60,274 nucleotides of DNA from Bacteroidota bacterium (GTDB taxonomy: Bacteria > Bacteroidota > Bacteroidia > J057 > JADKCL01), in the NCBI GenBank assembly GCA_046050405.1, contig JBJOPY010000035.1, forward strand, positions 1 to 60,274. Direction: 5' to 3'. The position numbers and the translations under genes were made by a program. Positions 10,661 through 21,099 of the stretch are shown here, one piece after another; the first letter of the stretch is position 1; every line of letters begins with the position of its first letter. The notes under the pieces were generated by a model, which saw nothing but the letters and a program-made list of their open reading frames with translations, was not told the origin of the DNA and did not search any database.

Positions 10661-10919
10661 CTTGCCAGTATATATCAGCAAACTCGCTCTGCAAAACTAC
10701 AGGTTAGGCACGACTCGACCTTGAAATAAGCGATAAGATCGAAACAAGTGCTTTCATCTGCTTCGCATCCACAGAATTTTCCAGTGGAAGTGCGAAGATG
10801 GTGATGGAATTCCATTTCTTTTATTTATATTGTCATAAACTTTCAAAAGCCCAAGGCTCCCCTAAAACTAAAAAGGGACGATCGGGGGAAAATACAGGTC
10901 TATTACATTTCCATAGATT

Positions 10920-12239
10920 ATGAGAGCACGCAGAATCCATTCTCTCTTCTTGTCAGCAATCTTCTCGCTGCTAGGGGTACAGCTCCATGCACAGAGTCCT
11001 GGCAAGTCCTCCTACATCCAAGCCGAAAACCTTAGGAAGGAGAAGCGTTACTCGGAAGCGGTCGCCAAGTACGATGAGGCCATCAAGCTTGAGCCGGGGA
11101 ATTACCGCTATTACTTCTCACGTGGCAAGTGCTACTACGCCACAAAAGAGTATGACCTCGCGCTCGCTTCCTTGGAGGAAGCCATCAAGTACAAGAAGGA
11201 TTTCGTCTTTGCCTACACCCTGATCGCCAAAATCTACCAGCGTAAGGATGACCTTCCCACTGCGATCCACTACTATGATCTTGCCTTCCAAAACGAGCAG
11301 GATCCCAATCAAAAGGTCAGTTATAAAATGGAGGCGATCAAGCTTCTCCTTCAGGAGAACAAAACCGACGAAGCGCAGAGGCATCTCCAAGAAGTCAAGG
11401 CACTTGCCCCTGAGAATCTGAACATTCTCTACTTTGATGCCAAGATCTCGAATCAGAGCGGCGACTATGAGAATGCCAAGCGCAACATGGTCACTGCGAC
11501 AACCTCACCTGCCATGGCCACTGAGACCCCTGCGAACGCAGCCAAGTATTGGTATGAGCTGGGCTATGCCTACAACAAGCTAGGCGACTACCAGAATTCT
11601 CAGAAAGCGTGGGAAAAGGCGTATTTCGGCAATTTCAAGCCGCTGATCGACCGCGAAAAATCCATCAACAGCCCTGATTATTTTTATCGCATGGCGGTGT
11701 CCTACTACATGGCCAGCTCCTATCCAGAGACCAAGGAGCAGATCAAGAAAGCCCTCGAACTTCAAAACAACTTCTCCGCCGCATATCTACTGATGGGGAA
11801 GATCGACAAGAAGCTCGGGGACAACGACTCGGCAATCAACAATTACAGGCGTGCCGCAAACTTCGAACCCGATGCGACCAAGAAGGGCAAGCTCGAATCG
11901 ATGCTCGTTTCCCTGCAAGTGGATGCGGAGGACTATGATGGAGCGATCAGCACTGCCAATAGCGTACTCGCCAGAGAGCCCAACAATCCCCCAATCATCT
12001 ACCTGAAGGCACTTTCCCAGTACTATAAAGGCCAGTACAACGGGGCGATCGAATCCCTGGAGTCCCTGACGGCAGGAACGACGGACAATTTGGAGAAGGC
12101 CAAGTACAATTTCCTCATTGGAATGGCCGCCCGCAAGTCTGACACCGAGAAGGCTAAGAATGCGTTCAAAGCCGCAATGTTCGGCCCCTACAAACCTGCC
12201 GCCAAGAATGAGCTTGACAAGCTCGCCAAGGCTGGCTGA
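10920..12239 (+). CDS. Secreted tetratricopeptide (TPR) repeat protein
   Basis: 439 aa. It has the signal peptide MRARRIHSLFLSAIFSLLGVQLHAQS and repeated 34-residue A/Y/L patterns (..YYFSRGKCYYATKEYDLALASLEEAIK..). Confidence 0.8.
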   Translation: MRARRIHSLFLSAIFSLLGVQLHAQSPGKSSYIQAENLRKEKRYSEAVAKYDEAIKLEPGNYRYYFSRGKCYYATKEYDLALASLEEAIKYKKDFVFAYTLIAKIYQRKDDLPTAIHYYDLAFQNEQDPNQKVSYKMEAIKLLLQENKTDEAQRHLQEVKALAPENLNILYFDAKISNQSGDYENAKRNMVTATTSPAMATETPANAAKYWYELGYAYNKLGDYQNSQKAWEKAYFGNFKPLIDREKSINSPDYFYRMAVSYYMASSYPETKEQIKKALELQNNFSAAYLLMGKIDKKLGDNDSAINNYRRAANFEPDATKKGKLESMLVSLQVDAEDYDGAISTANSVLAREPNNPPIIYLKALSQYYKGQYNGAIESLESLTAGTTDNLEKAKYNFLIGMAARKSDTEKAKNAFKAAMFGPYKPAAKNELDKLAKAG

Positions 12240-12245
12240 GACGCC

Positions 12246-13421
12246 CTATTCCTTGTAGCTGACCTTGTCCTTCCCGGAGGCAATCGTCAATAGAAGTTCC
12301 GAAGAAGGCTCTACCCTCCCGACCACCTTGGCCGCAATGCCGTAGGTCTCCGCCATCTCCACCAGTGCACTTGCAGTGCCGGCATCGGTGTAGACCTCCA
12401 GAAGATGCCCCATGTTGAACACACGGTACATCTCATGCAGGCTTGCGCCGGAAGCTGCCTGGATCAACTGAAACAACCGAGGCGTCTCGAATAGCTGATC
12501 CTTCACGATGTGGCCGGCCCTGGCAAACTTCAGCACCTTGGTCTGGCCTCCGCCCGTGCAGTGGATCATCGCCTTGATCTTCCCTCGGTATTCTTGCAAC
12601 ATTTTCTGTGCCAGCGGCAGATAAGTTCTCGTCGGGCTCAGCACCATCTTCCCGATCGGCATGTTCGCCATCGGATCCATCTCCGTAAGCAGATGCGGGC
12701 CTGAATACACCAGTGCATCGGGAACCGCAGGGTCATAGGACTCCGGGTAACGCTCGGCATAGGCATGATGGAAGAGGTCATGCCGCGCACTGGTCAGCCC
12801 ATTGCTCCCCATGCCGGAATTGTACTCAGATTCATAGCTTGCCTGCCCAGTACTGGAAAAAGCGACAATGACCTGTCCCGGCTGAATGTCATTCTCGACA
12901 ACCAGCTTCCGAGGCATCCGGCAGAAAACGGTGGAGTCCACGATGACCGACCGTACAAGATCGCCCACATCGGCCGTTTCCCCCCCGGTGGATCGGATTT
13001 CCACGCCATGGTCCCGCATCGTGGCAAGGAATTCCTCCGTGCCGTCGATCAAGGCGGCAATGACCTCTCCCGGCACCTTGGATTTGTTGCGGCCGATTGT
13101 GCTGGAGAGCAGTATTCCGGAGGTGGCCCCTACGCAGAGCAGGTCGTCCGTATTCATCACGATGGCGTCCTGGGCGATTCCCTTCCATACGGACAGGTCT
13201 CCCGTCTCCATCCAGTACATCCATGCAAGGGAAGACTTGGTGCCTGCTCCGTCTGCGTGCATGATGTTGCACCAGTCCTTGTCACCAGCCACAAGATCTG
13301 GAACCACTTTGCAGAAGGCGTTTGGATAAAGCCCTTTGTCGAGCTTGGCGATGGCAGCATGGACATCCTCCTTGCTGGAGGACACTCCGCGCTGCATGTA
13401 GCGGTTGCTTTCTGGATTCAT
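12246..13421 (-). CDS. purM: AIR synthase (PurM) family protein, probable phosphoribosylformylglycinamidine cyclo-ligase
   Basis: The ATG at 13421 gives MNPESNRYMQRGVSSSKEDVHAAI. PurM-like N- and C-domains are present (..HADGAGTKS.., ..TGGETAD.., ..HCTGGGQTK..). This is the long Bacteroidota-type variant. Confidence 0.75.
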   Translation of the reverse strand: MNPESNRYMQRGVSSSKEDVHAAIAKLDKGLYPNAFCKVVPDLVAGDKDWCNIMHADGAGTKSSLAWMYWMETGDLSVWKGIAQDAIVMNTDDLLCVGATSGILLSSTIGRNKSKVPGEVIAALIDGTEEFLATMRDHGVEIRSTGGETADVGDLVRSVIVDSTVFCRMPRKLVVENDIQPGQVIVAFSSTGQASYESEYNSGMGSNGLTSARHDLFHHAYAERYPESYDPAVPDALVYSGPHLLTEMDPMANMPIGKMVLSPTRTYLPLAQKMLQEYRGKIKAMIHCTGGGQTKVLKFARAGHIVKDQLFETPRLFQLIQAASGASLHEMYRVFNMGHLLEVYTDAGTASALVEMAETYGIAAKVVGRVEPSSELLLTIASGKDKVSYKE

Positions 13422-13490
13422 TTTTCTTGAATGAAGGGAGGGCAAACATTCTGCCTTGCCCTCCCATGGGCTATCTGGTGAAACGCCGCA

Positions 13491-15593
13491 TCACTCGCAG
13501 CTTTCGGGATAGTCCATGCACTTGATCCTGAATTCGGTGCGGCGGTTGCGCTGCATGTCCTCGTCGGACATCTCAGGGGACACCTCCAGCTGAGACTCAC
13601 CCCATCCGTACCACTTCAGGCGATCGCCCTCGATTCCCCTCTCCATCAGGTAGACGACCGCTGATTTGGCGCGGCGCTCCGAAAGCTCCTTGTTGTATTT
13701 TTCAGAGCCGTTGGAGTCCGTGTGCGATCCAATCTGAATGGCAATGTGGGGATTCCGCTGCAGTAGGAAACCGAGCGTGTCCAATTCACGCATCGACGTA
13801 GGACGGAGGTCGGCTTTGTCGAAGTCATAATAAATGTTCTTCAGCACGATCGGGCGCTCAATCTCGATGCGTTCCAGCCGGATGCTGACGTTGACCTCGA
13901 TGTCATTTTTCGGATCGGTCGTCTTCGTCTCGAACTCGACCTCACTGGCCAGATACTCGCGGGCGTTGGCCACCACCTTGTACTTCTTGTTGCATTCCAG
14001 CTGGAAGTTGTAGGCGGCACTTTGGTCAGCCTTGGAGGTATCCAGCGGAATGAGATCACCTGCCTTGTCAAACTCATAGACAATGACTGTTCCGAAGGGT
14101 ACCGGTTGCTTGGTGCGGTTGTCAATGACCAAACCATGCACAGCGAACTCGCAGGGGGGTGCGCCGACTTTCTTCGCCCAGTAGATGTCGTCACGGCCTG
14201 TGCAGCCGGGGCGATTCGAGGTGAAGTAGGTCGCACTATCGTCTTTGCTCCAGACACCAGCCAAGTCGTCATAGGTACTGTTCAATGGGGAGCCCATGTT
14301 TTCGGCCTCGCTCCAGGAGCCCATTCCGCCGGTGCTCTTGTATAGGTCAAATCCGCCAAAGCCAACGCGCCCATTGGAGGCATGGTACAGGGTTTTTCCA
14401 TCGTCGCTGATATCAGGGCTTATGTCATCCAAAGGCGTATTGACGCGCTCTCCCAAGTTCTGTGGTTCCGACCATGAATCACCGCCAAATGTTGAATACC
14501 AGATGTCCAGACGACCTTTGCCGCCTTCGCGGTCTGACACGAAAAACATTGTGTTGCCGTCGGCGGAGAGATTCGGATGGACGTCGTAGGCGGCTACTTT
14601 CTTCACTTTGCCGCGAGAATTGATCACGACCTCCTTCGTTCCTTTGAGACCTTCCGCGATCCTGGGTTTTTCCCATTTGTTTCTAAGGGAATCATACTTG
14701 GCTCCATAGATGGAGCATCCATAGCCGAGCTTCCCTTGGTTACAGATGGAGTAGTACATCGTCATGCCGTCAGCACTGAAGGTGGGGTTTCCTTCGTTGT
14801 ACTTTTTGTTGATCTTCTTGCCCATGTTCTCAGCCTTGGCGAAGGTGGTGTCGTCTTCCATCTTCACCGACCAGATATCGGAATAACCTTCATTGTATGC
14901 CTCGAAAATGTTGCTTTCCTTGACCCCTTTCTTCTTGCCCTTCTTGGTATCAGGCTTCTTGGATGACGGGCGGCTGGAGGTGAAAACCATATACTTGTCC
15001 CCGTCACCGCGCACTTGCACTGCAGGAAAGTTGTCACCCATCGAGGTATTGATGTCGAGGCAACTGGCGCGCCATTTCGGATCAAGCTTCCGCTGCTCCT
15101 CCACGAACTTGCACCCTTCCACCTCCAGCTTGCATCGACGGAGGTACTCGTCGTTCTCTTTCCGGCGATTCATGAATTCCTTGAAGGCCGCCAGTGCATC
15201 ATTGTGACGGTCAAGTACGCGAAGTGTGATGCCCAGCTCGAAATAGACCGTATCGTTTCCCTTTTTGTCAATCTCGATGGCACTCTCGAAAAATCGAGCC
15301 GCATCATCGTACTCTTGAATGAAGTAGCTGCATTTTGCGACGCGCACAGTGGCGAAATAATTGGCCGGATCCTTTTTGAGGACTTCTATGTAGGCCTCTT
15401 TTGCCTTGGCAAATCGCTGGGTTCGGAACAGTTCGTTTGCCTGTTGAAGGATTTTCTCCGGACTCCCCTTGAATTCTGATTTCTCCGTCGATACCTGCGC
15501 ACTCGACTGAGCCGGGGTGACCATTAAAAAAGTAAGTGAAAGAAGAAGTGTGCTTACAATAATACGGTTCGCACCCATAAATTTTGATCTCAT
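13491..15593 (-). CDS. OmpA-family peptidoglycan-associated protein with TPR and TolB-like beta-propeller repeats
   Basis: 700 aa with a signal peptide and N-terminal TPR. It has repeated ..FSADG.TMYF.S.R.. motifs (WD40-like/TolB-type) and a C-terminal OmpA domain (..IQIGSHTDSNGSEKYNKELSERRAKSAV..NRRTEF). Confidence 0.85.
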   Translation of the reverse strand: MRSKFMGANRIIVSTLLLSLTFLMVTPAQSSAQVSTEKSEFKGSPEKILQQANELFRTQRFAKAKEAYIEVLKKDPANYFATVRVAKCSYFIQEYDDAARFFESAIEIDKKGNDTVYFELGITLRVLDRHNDALAAFKEFMNRRKENDEYLRRCKLEVEGCKFVEEQRKLDPKWRASCLDINTSMGDNFPAVQVRGDGDKYMVFTSSRPSSKKPDTKKGKKKGVKESNIFEAYNEGYSDIWSVKMEDDTTFAKAENMGKKINKKYNEGNPTFSADGMTMYYSICNQGKLGYGCSIYGAKYDSLRNKWEKPRIAEGLKGTKEVVINSRGKVKKVAAYDVHPNLSADGNTMFFVSDREGGKGRLDIWYSTFGGDSWSEPQNLGERVNTPLDDISPDISDDGKTLYHASNGRVGFGGFDLYKSTGGMGSWSEAENMGSPLNSTYDDLAGVWSKDDSATYFTSNRPGCTGRDDIYWAKKVGAPPCEFAVHGLVIDNRTKQPVPFGTVIVYEFDKAGDLIPLDTSKADQSAAYNFQLECNKKYKVVANAREYLASEVEFETKTTDPKNDIEVNVSIRLERIEIERPIVLKNIYYDFDKADLRPTSMRELDTLGFLLQRNPHIAIQIGSHTDSNGSEKYNKELSERRAKSAVVYLMERGIEGDRLKWYGWGESQLEVSPEMSDEDMQRNRRTEFRIKCMDYPESCE

Positions 15594-15679
15594 GGTCAGG
15601 GAACTTTCGCCTCAGTATGTGCTAGAATTCAAATTTTAATGAACAAACATAGGAAATTAACTGACTACGAACAAAATCT

Positions 15680-16414
15680 TTAGAACAAAATTAGCCAGAG
15701 CAAGAAATCACCGACCAAAATGGATACTGCCGACAGTACAAAGGAAGAAATGGTGGAACCACCCACACCCTTCGCCCCGCCAGTGGTGGAAAGCCCCATA
15801 TAGCACCCAATCGACGATATGATCAGGCCGAACACACAGGATTTGATGAGTCCCCCGATGAGATCCCTGACTTGAAAGAAGGTGTGAATGGACTCCAGAA
15901 ACGCCTGGTAGGTGATGTCCAGAAAATAGCCTGATACCAGGTACGCTCCGACCATCGCCACGATGTCCGAGAACATGGTGAGCACGGGCATCATGACCAT
16001 GAGTCCCAGCACCCGCGGAAGCACGAGATACCTCACAGGATCGATGGCCAGCATGCGCAAGGCATCCACCTGTTGTGTAACCACCATCGTCCCGATCTCC
16101 GCTGTCATCGATGCGCCGATACGGCCGGCGATGACCAGCGCAGTGAGCACCGGCCCCATTTCCATTACGGAGACCCTCGCCACCTGTCCTCCCATCACAT
16201 CCAGTGAAATCATTCCCGTGAACTGATAGGCGGCCTGCCAGGCAATGATGGCCCCGGCGAAAAACCCCACGAGCATCACGAGCAGAATGGAATTTACGCC
16301 GACATGATCCATTTGCTCGATCAGCCGGCGGCGGTCATGGAAGGCATGGCGGAGGTTCATGAGCACCTGGAGGCACAAGTAACCAAATTCTCCCAGCCGT
16401 GTCACGAGGTTCAC
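15680..16414 (-). CDS. mlaE: MlaE-family ABC transporter permease
   Basis: 244 aa with a GTG start. It is a multi-TM protein with MlaE/Ttg2B-type conserved segments (..GRIGASMTAEIGTMVVTQQVDALR..). Confidence 0.8.
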   Translation of the reverse strand: MNLVTRLGEFGYLCLQVLMNLRHAFHDRRRLIEQMDHVGVNSILLVMLVGFFAGAIIAWQAAYQFTGMISLDVMGGQVARVSVMEMGPVLTALVIAGRIGASMTAEIGTMVVTQQVDALRMLAIDPVRYLVLPRVLGLMVMMPVLTMFSDIVAMVGAYLVSGYFLDITYQAFLESIHTFFQVRDLIGGLIKSCVFGLIISSIGCYMGLSTTGGAKGVGGSTISSFVLSAVSILVGDFLLWLILF

Positions 16415-16599
16415 CGAGCCAATTTAGTTCAATCCTGCGGGATTCGGGAGATCCGCCCAAATTTTGAAACTTGAGCCCGGCACCGAGGGGTGGCCATGAC
16501 GGGAAAGGCCGAGACCGACAGTCGCTAATGCCACTCGTCGGTCCCGGCCAAACCCCAGTCCTTATCCGGTGGACGCATGGCGCCCACCATGGGCGCCCC

Positions 16600-17043
16600 T
16601 TATCCCACCGTGATGTCGCGGGCAGCTTTTTCCAAGGCTTCTTTGCGCTTTGGAAGGCTCACGGAGAGCACTCCGTTTTCATATTTTGCTGCAATCTGCT
16701 CCTGATCGATCGTCTTTGGCAATTGGAAGCTGCGCTCGAATGCTTGGAAGTTGTATTCACGGCGCAGGTACTTGTCATCCGATTGCTCGTCCGTTGTTTC
16801 CTTTTGAACCTTGATCGTCAGAACGTCCTTCTCAAGCGACATTTTGAAATCCGCCTTGTTCAATCCTGGCGCGGCCATTTCGATGCGATAGTCTTCGGCA
16901 CCTTCCACCACGTTCACTGCGGGGGAGTTGAATCCGAATACCCTGTCTTGGAATCCGGGACGCAAGAAGTCGTCCGCAAAAAATTGGTCGAAAAAGCTGA
17001 CATTGTGTCTGCGAAGCGGATGGTTGAATTTAACGAGTGTCAT
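16600..17043 (-). CDS. Hsp20/alpha-crystallin family small heat-shock protein
   Basis: 147 aa with an alpha-crystallin domain (..PAVNVVEGAEDYRIEMAAPGLNKADFKMSLEKDVLTI....ENGVLSVSLPK). A strong AGGAGG lies 8 nt upstream of the ATG. Confidence 0.9.
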   Translation of the reverse strand: MTLVKFNHPLRRHNVSFFDQFFADDFLRPGFQDRVFGFNSPAVNVVEGAEDYRIEMAAPGLNKADFKMSLEKDVLTIKVQKETTDEQSDDKYLRREYNFQAFERSFQLPKTIDQEQIAAKYENGVLSVSLPKRKEALEKAARDITVG

Positions 17044-17327
17044 ATCTAATTCCTCCTAATGTAGTTTTATAAGTGTTAGATGCCGATGACCCTTCAACCC
17101 CCATGCCAACACAATAACCAGAACCGAGCAATGTCATTATGGCAGTATGTCGGACACAATGGCGCCATTTTTGATTTTATGGGTGCCATTTCGGCACACA
17201 TCCCCCGTGAAGCCCCCTGTCCCGGCATTTCCAATGCTGCGGTGCTGGTTCCAAAACATGAAAGCCTACCGCTGTACGAGGCGATAGGCTTTCATGCAAT
17301 GGGGGTGCTGGGTGAAAGTCCCGAGGA

Positions 17328-19010
17328 TCAGCCCTGGCCAAGAATCTTCCTCAGCCTGTCAGGATCCCGTAGCACCTTGATCGCTTCGAGGACATCGGGA
17401 TCCAGGTCGAACGAGGCTTCGATCTCACCACGCTTGTAATAGTAGCGCATCACGATCTCATCCCGCAGCAATTCAGAGATTTCAGCCCTGAAGTTGATGA
17501 GGTCTTCTTCCTTTTCCTTCATGATCTTGGCCTCGATGGCCTTGAAATCCGCAGCCAGTTCGTCGTGATAATGCTCCGCTTTGACCAGCTCCTTGAATTT
17601 CACGAACTCCTTCTCCGTCTTGGACTCAAATGTGAATGCTTTGGAGCGGCAGAATGCTACGAAGTCGTCGTAGATCTCATCGGTGATCTTGAACTGCCGG
17701 GCAGGCGGGATGGTCTCATTCGAATTGCGGAAGCGGGTCGCGAAGTCGAAAATCATGTATTTCCTGATGAGCTCCTGGGTGACGGTGTGCAGCTCCTCCA
17801 GCACCACCTCCACATCGGGGGCGATGCCTCCCCCGTCATAGACCGTTCTCCCGTTATGCGTCTTGAATGCCTTCTGGAGGCTGTCGGGAATCTTGCCCAC
17901 GCTGCCATCCTCATTGCGGTTGCTGTAATCGATGGCCTGGATGCAGCGCCCGCTGGGGGTGTAGTACTTGGCGGTGGTAATCTTCAGCTGGCTGTTGTAG
18001 CTGAGCGGGCGCGTGGTCTGCACCAGTCCCTTGCCATAGCTCCTCTGCCCGACAATCACCCCCCGGTCCAAGTCCTGCATCACGCCGGAGACGATTTCAG
18101 AGGCGGAGGCCGAACGCCGATTGACCAGCACAGCCAGCGGTATCCCGATGTCCACGGGATTGTTGCGTGCCGTGTAGCTTTTCAATGAGCCTTCCATCTT
18201 TCCGCGCGTTTCCACGATGAGTTCGTCCTTGGGCAAGAAGAGGTTGCTGATATCGATCGCCTCGAAGAGCAGCCCTCCCGGGTTCCCGCGAAGGTCGAGC
18301 ACCAGGGACTTCATTCCGGGGTTTTTGGCTTTGAGGTCTTCAAATGCAGCCTTGACCTCCTTTGCAGCATCGGCCGTGAAGCCTGTGAGTGAAATGTATC
18401 CGATCTGGTCGTCAATCATTCCCCAGTAGGGGACATTGAGGATTTTGATGTCGTCCCGTTCCAGATCCATGGTCAAGGTTCCGGGAGTGCCCTCGCGTTC
18501 CACCACAAGTTTCACCTTGCTCTTCGGCTGCCCGCGCAGGAGGTCGCGCACATCGAGGTTTTTGACGTTTTCGGTCGTGATCTTCTCATTGTCGATTTGC
18601 ACGATGACGTCCCCGGCGCGCAAGCCGGCCTTGACGGCGGGGCTATTCTCGTATGGCTCCGTGACGATCACCTTGCTGTCCCTCCGTCCGACCATCGCCC
18701 CGATGCCGCCATACTGGCCGGTACTCATGAAACGGTAATCCTCGATCTCTGCGGCACTGATGTAGTTCGTGTATGGATCCAGAGACTTCAGCATGGCCTC
18801 GATACCCGTCCGCATGAATTCCGACGGCTCGATGTCGTCCACATAGTTGGTTTGCACTTCCCGGTAGAGCTTTCCGAAAATGTCCAAGTTCTTCGATATC
18901 TCGAAGTAGTCGTCACCTGCGGGACGCGCCACATAACCCACCGCAAGCATCATCACCGCCGGCGCCACCAGCAGCAACCATCTCTTCGTTTGAGTCATCC
19001 TGTTCATCAT
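17328..19010 (-). CDS. S41 family C-terminal processing peptidase with PDZ domain
   Basis: 560 aa with an N-terminal TM/signal segment and a PDZ segment. The S41 motifs LDLRGNPGG and NRRSASASEI are present. Confidence 0.9.
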   Translation of the reverse strand: MMNRMTQTKRWLLLVAPAVMMLAVGYVARPAGDDYFEISKNLDIFGKLYREVQTNYVDDIEPSEFMRTGIEAMLKSLDPYTNYISAAEIEDYRFMSTGQYGGIGAMVGRRDSKVIVTEPYENSPAVKAGLRAGDVIVQIDNEKITTENVKNLDVRDLLRGQPKSKVKLVVEREGTPGTLTMDLERDDIKILNVPYWGMIDDQIGYISLTGFTADAAKEVKAAFEDLKAKNPGMKSLVLDLRGNPGGLLFEAIDISNLFLPKDELIVETRGKMEGSLKSYTARNNPVDIGIPLAVLVNRRSASASEIVSGVMQDLDRGVIVGQRSYGKGLVQTTRPLSYNSQLKITTAKYYTPSGRCIQAIDYSNRNEDGSVGKIPDSLQKAFKTHNGRTVYDGGGIAPDVEVVLEELHTVTQELIRKYMIFDFATRFRNSNETIPPARQFKITDEIYDDFVAFCRSKAFTFESKTEKEFVKFKELVKAEHYHDELAADFKAIEAKIMKEKEEDLINFRAEISELLRDEIVMRYYYKRGEIEASFDLDPDVLEAIKVLRDPDRLRKILGQG

Positions 19011-19107
19011 CTGTTGAGAGTGTAATTTTCAATTCTCATTGAACGAATACCATCGGCCAAGGGTGCAAAGATCGTCGAATTCTCCCGCCGATGATCCCCT
19101 TCCCCGG

Positions 19108-19359
19108 TCAAGGGACGGGATCATGCCCATGCCCACCCCATGGATGGCAGGACATCACCCTTCGCACGCCCAGGTAGAATCCCCGCAAGGCTCCGTGCTT
19201 TTCCAGCGCCTCGATGGCATAGCGGGAGCAGGTCGGTTGGTAACGGCATGCAGGGGGCAACCACCTGGAGAGCGCGAGCCGATAGAACCGCACCACGACG
19301 ACCAGGATGTAACCGAGGAACTTCAAACCATTCGCGACAATTGCTGCAATACCCTGCAC
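19108..19359 (-). CDS. yidD: Membrane protein insertion efficiency factor YidD
   Basis: It has the family signature ..FYRLALSRWLPPACRYQPTCSRYAIEAL..HG. The start is GTG and uncertain, because it overlaps the rnpA 3' end by 37 nt. Confidence 0.85.
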   Translation of the reverse strand: MQGIAAIVANGLKFLGYILVVVVRFYRLALSRWLPPACRYQPTCSRYAIEALEKHGALRGFYLGVRRVMSCHPWGGHGHDPVP

Positions 19360-19706
19360 ATGTCCTGCTCAATCTCATTAAAATTACGGATTTCCCTTGA
19401 ATTGTACCTGAAGAGGAGGGAGACATTCCTGCTTTTTTCGGCAAGCCGCGCCACGAAGGCGGCCTTTTGCACGCGATATGCCTCCCGCATCCGGCGCTTG
19501 AGAAGGTTGCGGTCCACTGCCCGCTTGAAATCCCGCTTCGTAGCCACGAAGGCGACCATGGAAGGAGCAGAGACAAGTTCCTGTGGCAGGTCGAAATGGT
19601 AGGATACGCGCAGCCTTCCGGCATGGATGGCTTTCTTGCCCGCAATTAAAACAGCAAAGCTGCGCTTGGAGCACAGCTTTTCCCGCTTGGAGAATGTATT
19701 TCGCAA
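19323..19706 (-). CDS. rnpA: Ribonuclease P protein component
   Basis: 127 aa and basic. The sequence FSKREKLCSKRSF..KRAVDRNLLKRRMREAYR is typical of RnpA. It has a TTG start and occupies the conserved rpmH-rnpA-yidD position. Confidence 0.85.
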   Translation of the reverse strand: MRNTFSKREKLCSKRSFAVLIAGKKAIHAGRLRVSYHFDLPQELVSAPSMVAFVATKRDFKRAVDRNLLKRRMREAYRVQKAAFVARLAEKSRNVSLLFRYNSREIRNFNEIEQDMCRVLQQLSRMV

Positions 19707-19750
19707 GTTGCTTTACCTTCTGGAAGGTGAATCCGTCCGCCAGTGGCGGA

Positions 19751-19909
19751 CTAGAATTTGTGACGGCGCTCGTCGCTCACGGTGAGCTTGTGGCGGCCTT
19801 TGCGACGACGGGCACGGAGTACGCGCTGACCGTTGGGGGTCTTCATGCGCTCACGAAACCCATGGGTGTTCTTCCTTTTCCGGCGATGAGGTTGAAATGT
19901 CCGCTTCAT
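19751..19909 (-). CDS. rpmH: 50S ribosomal protein L34
   Basis: Hand translation of the minus strand gives [52 protein letters not shown] (52 aa). It is below the ORF-track length cutoff. This is the canonical L34 sequence and position upstream of rnpA. Confidence 0.95.
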   Translation of the reverse strand: MKRTFQPHRRKRKNTHGFRERMKTPNGQRVLRARRRKGRHKLTVSDERRHKF

Positions 19910-19939
19910 TTTCTTCTAATCAATCTTAGTTTTCCCGAT

Positions 19940-19969
19940 GGAGGGGATGCAAAATTAAGAAAAGTAAGT
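19940..19969 (-). promoter_or_regulatory. Candidate Bacteroidota-type promoter for rpmH-rnpA-yidD
   Basis: The minus strand reads TTG-N19-TAATTTTG, matching the -33 TTG / -7 TAnnTTTG consensus. The -7 element ends about 30 nt upstream of the rpmH ATG. Confidence 0.4.
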
Positions 19970-20119
19970 GCCGGTGCAACCGATGGGGCGATCATTCTGG
20001 AAAATCTTGCGAAGAATTTGTCTACCCTCCCCAATGAAAGCGCCCCCGGAGAACCCTTTGCCTGTTTTTGGCTTTAATCTAAAATCCAATCCCAGACCAC
20101 CCGGGATTCCGCCTACCCC

Positions 20120-21094
20120 TCAATCCCAGACATTGCGCCCCACCTCGGCAAGCATTCCCAGGTAGGTGTGGTACCGCGACTCGGGTATCCTGCCTCCTTT
20201 GACCGAAGCCTTCACGGCACATCCGGGCTCATTCATGTGAAGGCAATTGCCGAAGCGGCACGCATCCAGGTAGGGGCGCATCTCGGGGAACAAGGGGCCT
20301 AGCTCCGCTTTCTCAAAGTCGAATATCTGCATTTCCCGGAATCCCGGGCTGTCGATGATCGCTCCGCCAAAGGGCAGGGCAAACATCTCCGCGAACGTGG
20401 TGGTGTGAATGCCGCGCCCTGAGAAGTCGCTCACCGTACCGACCTTCAGCTTCAGCTCCGGTGCCACAAGGTTGACCGTCGCCGACTTTCCAGAACCTGA
20501 TCTTCCCACCATGAAGCTGACCTTTCCCCGCAGCATTTCCTGAATTTCCGGCGCATATCCAGGATCCTTGACAGAGATGGCATGGTGCTCATAACCTGCC
20601 CCTCCGTAGAGCTTTTGATAGTCGCCGAGACGCTGCCAGCCATCCTGGCTCAGCAGATCGATCTTCGTGAAGAGGATCACTGGCTTGATATGGTAGGCTT
20701 CACAGGTGAGAAGCAAGCGGTCCACATAGCCCAGGGTGGTGACCGGATGCTCAATGCTGAAAACGATGACCGCCTGGTCGATGTTGGCACACAGGATATG
20801 GGCCCGCTTGCTCAAGTTCACCGATTTCCGCAAAACATAGTTCCTGCGGTCGGAGATTGCAGAGATCGAGTAGCCCCGGTCCTGGTCTTGCACCACCTCC
20901 ACGTGGTCGCCCACTGCGATGGGATTGGTGGTCTTGATGCCATGAGTCCGCATCTTTCCACGCAGCCTGCAATCATGGACGGCGCCATCCTCCAGGCGTA
21001 CGCGGTACCAGCTCCCCGTGGAGCGTATGACGGTTCCATGATGCGCGGGAGAAGATGCCGCCGGCTGCCCCTTCTGACGTTTGCCCTTAGCCAT
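20120..21094 (-). CDS. rsgA: Ribosome small subunit-dependent GTPase A
   Basis: 324 aa with an N-terminal OB fold, a circularly permuted GTPase with P-loop GRSGSGKS, and the C-terminal zinc motif CRFGNCLHMNEPGC. Confidence 0.92.
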   Translation of the reverse strand: MAKGKRQKGQPAASSPAHHGTVIRSTGSWYRVRLEDGAVHDCRLRGKMRTHGIKTTNPIAVGDHVEVVQDQDRGYSISAISDRRNYVLRKSVNLSKRAHILCANIDQAVIVFSIEHPVTTLGYVDRLLLTCEAYHIKPVILFTKIDLLSQDGWQRLGDYQKLYGGAGYEHHAISVKDPGYAPEIQEMLRGKVSFMVGRSGSGKSATVNLVAPELKLKVGTVSDFSGRGIHTTTFAEMFALPFGGAIIDSPGFREMQIFDFEKAELGPLFPEMRPYLDACRFGNCLHMNEPGCAVKASVKGGRIPESRYHTYLGMLAEVGRNVWD

Positions 21095-21099
21095 TGGGA

